A stretch of 39,736 nucleotides of DNA from contig JBGAIN010000067.1 in NCBI GenBank assembly GCA_044225505.1, positions 1-39,736 on the forward strand. Direction: 5' to 3'. Position numbers and translations under genes: made by a program. The notes under the pieces were generated by a model, which was given only the letters and a program-made list of their open reading frames with translations, did no database searches and was not told the origin of the DNA. Shown piece by piece: positions 37,730 through 39,736 of this stretch (positions within the stretch are counted from its first letter, which is position 1; every line of letters begins with the position of its first letter). Origin of the DNA: Limisphaerales bacterium. Its GTDB lineage: Bacteria > Verrucomicrobiota > Verrucomicrobiia > Limisphaerales > SIBE01.

Positions 37730-38248
37730 ATGAACGGAGCTATTGTTTCCTCAGATTCGACTCCTTTGTGGATGAGAATGGTGTTTGGCAGAAATCCCAA
37801 ACGCACTCTGGCGCGCCTTGTCGGGATGGTCGCTACGACCATTGTTGTATTCCCATTTTTCCTGATTCCGATACGTGTGAGCGGGTTGAGCATGTTGCCC
37901 ACCTACCGCGATGGACGGGTCAACTTCGTAAATCGCCAAGCCTATCGCTGGAAAAAACCACAGCGCGGCGATGTGATTGCCTTTCGTCTGCCTGAAGAGG
38001 GGAATGTCGTCCTGTTGAAACGTATCATTGGGTTACCCGGCGAGAAGGTTTTGGTTGTGGACGGCAGGGCGTATATCGACGGAACCCCATTGTCCGAGCC
38101 TTACGCCCAAATTGGGAAGAACCCTCCGAGCATGGGGCGGGCGCTGGAACTAGGCAACGACGAGTACTTTGTGATCGGCGATAACCGGGCGATCTCGGTC
38201 ATTAAGCGGATCCCGGAGCATTATATTTTGGGAAAGGTCATTTTCTGA
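37730..38248 (+). CDS. lepB: Signal peptidase I
   Basis: One TM helix, VSGLSMLPT (catalytic Ser), PQRGDVI, LKRIIGLPGE (catalytic Lys), YFVIGDNR. Confidence 0.92.
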   Translation: MNGAIVSSDSTPLWMRMVFGRNPKRTLARLVGMVATTIVVFPFFLIPIRVSGLSMLPTYRDGRVNFVNRQAYRWKKPQRGDVIAFRLPEEGNVVLLKRIIGLPGEKVLVVDGRAYIDGTPLSEPYAQIGKNPPSMGRALELGNDEYFVIGDNRAISVIKRIPEHYILGKVIF

Positions 38249-38730
38249 AGCGCCTGCTGGTCGTAGGTGCGGTGGCTGCTCTCGCGGCCTGGATCGTGTG
38301 GAGGTTGCTCCCGAGCGATGATAAAGCCATTCGCAAATCGATGCTCCGATTGGTCCAGGCAGCCTCGGTCAAACCGAATGAGTCGGGTTTTACCCGGTTA
38401 GCGTATGCAGATCGATTAGCGGCGTTCTTTACGACCAATGCGACGCTCCACCTGGAAGGATTGAGTGCTGATGTGCCGTTGATTGCGACTCGAACTGACC
38501 TGTTACAGGCGGCGACGGCGGCGCGCGTGTATCTGCGGCAGGCGCAATTCGAACTGGCCGATCTCAATATTAAGTTTCCCGCTGAGAGACAGGTTGCGAA
38601 CGTCTACATGGTAGTCACGGGCCAGATCAACGGCGAAACCAATCGGTTTGGGCAACCATTTCGCGTCGTCCTACGCAAGACCAACGGCCGCTGGCTGATC
38701 GAAGAAATGACGACGTTGGAGAACCAGTAA
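38245..38730 (+). CDS. Membrane-anchored hypothetical protein, possibly NTF2-like fold; start CTG 38245 or GTG 38272
   Basis: N-terminal TM helix, helical segment, beta-rich end ...VVLRKTNGRWLIEEM. Overlaps the lepB stop. Confidence 0.65.
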   Translation: MKRLLVVGAVAALAAWIVWRLLPSDDKAIRKSMLRLVQAASVKPNESGFTRLAYADRLAAFFTTNATLHLEGLSADVPLIATRTDLLQAATAARVYLRQAQFELADLNIKFPAERQVANVYMVVTGQINGETNRFGQPFRVVLRKTNGRWLIEEMTTLENQ

Positions 38731-38935
38731 TCTGCCGTGGTTTCCTTGAGTTCGGATCCGATCGGAGCAAATTGCTCTGATTTGATCGGTCGAAACGTTC
38801 CGAAGAATAATCGGCCGGGTAGGGGACCGAGTTCATTGGAATCGCCGCTTCGGCCTCGACACTATCACGGGGTTCAGAAATACTAACGCGTCCATCGGGT
38901 CGTTTTAGCCAGCGTCATACCATTTTTGGAATTCA

Positions 38936-39736
38936 ATGAATACCAAGCGAATCCAACAGGCGTTCCGGCTTGCTAAAGAACGCTACGCAGCCCTGGGAAC
39001 GAACGTGGAACGCGCGCTCGAGACGTTGGCCAAGCTCCAAATCTCCCTCCAATGCTGGCAAGGCGACGACGTGGGCGGGTTCGAATCGCCCTCTGGCCAG
39101 ATTGGCGGCGGGTTGGCCGTCACTGGGAACTATCCGGGAAAAGCCCGAAACCCATGCGAACTTCGCGCAGACCTGGAGAAGGCGCTCTCACTTATCCCCG
39201 GACAGCACCGGGTGAATCTACACGCGATCTATGGGGAATTCGGCGCGCATCGTCCGGATCGAGACGCCATTACCGCTCAACACTTTGAGAATTGGATCGG
39301 TTGGGCGCAGGCCAAGCGCTTGGGGATCGACTTCAATCCGACCTATTTCTCGCATCCAAAAGCCAACGACGGCTTTACCTTGGCCCATCGCGATCGTGGC
39401 ATCCGGCGCTTCTGGATCGAGCACGGTCGGCGTTGCCGGGAGATTGGGGCTGCCATCGGGAAAGCGCTCAATACCCCGTGTGTTACCAATGTATGGATTC
39501 CCGATGGGTACAAAGATACTCCCGCGGATCGGCATTCTCCGCGCGAGCGGCTTGCCGAGTCGTTGGACGCCGTGTTCAAGGATCGAATCAGTCCTCAATT
39601 CAACCTCGACGCGGTCGAACCGAAGCTTTTCGGTATCGGCAGTGAGAGTTACGTGGTTGGATCGCATGAGTTTTATTTAGGGTATGCCATCACGCGGAAG
39701 AAGCTGCTCTGTGTGGATGCGGGGCATTACCACCCG
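38936..39736 (+). CDS. rhaA: L-rhamnose isomerase, 3'-truncated by the window edge
   Basis: Absent from the ORF track because it has no stop in the window. Translation: [79 protein letters not shown]. Confidence 0.96.
   Translation, partial: MNTKRIQQAFRLAKERYAALGTNVERALETLAKLQISLQCWQGDDVGGFESPSGQIGGGLAVTGNYPGKARNPCELRADLEKALSLIPGQHRVNLHAIYGEFGAHRPDRDAITAQHFENWIGWAQAKRLGIDFNPTYFSHPKANDGFTLAHRDRGIRRFWIEHGRRCREIGAAIGKALNTPCVTNVWIPDGYKDTPADRHSPRERLAESLDAVFKDRISPQFNLDAVEPKLFGIGSESYVVGSHEFYLGYAITRKKLLCVDAGHYHP

Noticed and set aside
1..39736. Mobile elements, defence systems, tRNA/rRNA, CRISPR
   Set aside because: No transposase, integrase, cas, nuclease, cloverleaf or repeat-spacer pattern recognised by eye; an Infernal/tRNAscan run would be needed to fully exclude RNA genes.

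Overview
GC-rich bacterial chromosomal window whose gene content (PEP-CTERM, LamG/Ig and choice-of-anchor Q surface proteins, lamin-tail/CotH protein, DUF1080) suggests Verrucomicrobiota (Pedosphaerales-like; inference). The left ~18 kb holds mostly exported or carbohydrate-active proteins: FGE-like lipoprotein, Tat sugar isomerase, GH32-like protein, CotH-LTD protein, Tat intradiol dioxygenase, DUF1080, LamG protein, GH97 and an ARH-family protein. The right part mixes housekeeping genes (pilD, aroE, acs, ilvN-ilvC, moaC, panB, yjbQ, lepB, truncated rhaA) with accessory genes. I saw no mobile element, CRISPR array, tRNA or rRNA. Main observations: (1) three unrelated exported proteins end in a similar C-terminal module that looks like a lineage-specific sorting signal, and one of them lies next to a GspC/PilP-like gene; (2) an unannotated Val-rich leader-peptide attenuator sits upstream of ilvN-ilvC; (3) a sigma54-preceded gene encodes only the ACT-ACT part of GlnD; (4) a TIM-barrel/PQQ dehydrogenase/cytochrome c fusion; (5) four indel-like lesions (a 27-nt panB duplication, GH97 and PEP-CTERM frameshifts, and an apparent lost stop codon) that may be assembly artefacts. 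All family calls come from motif recognition; no searches were run.
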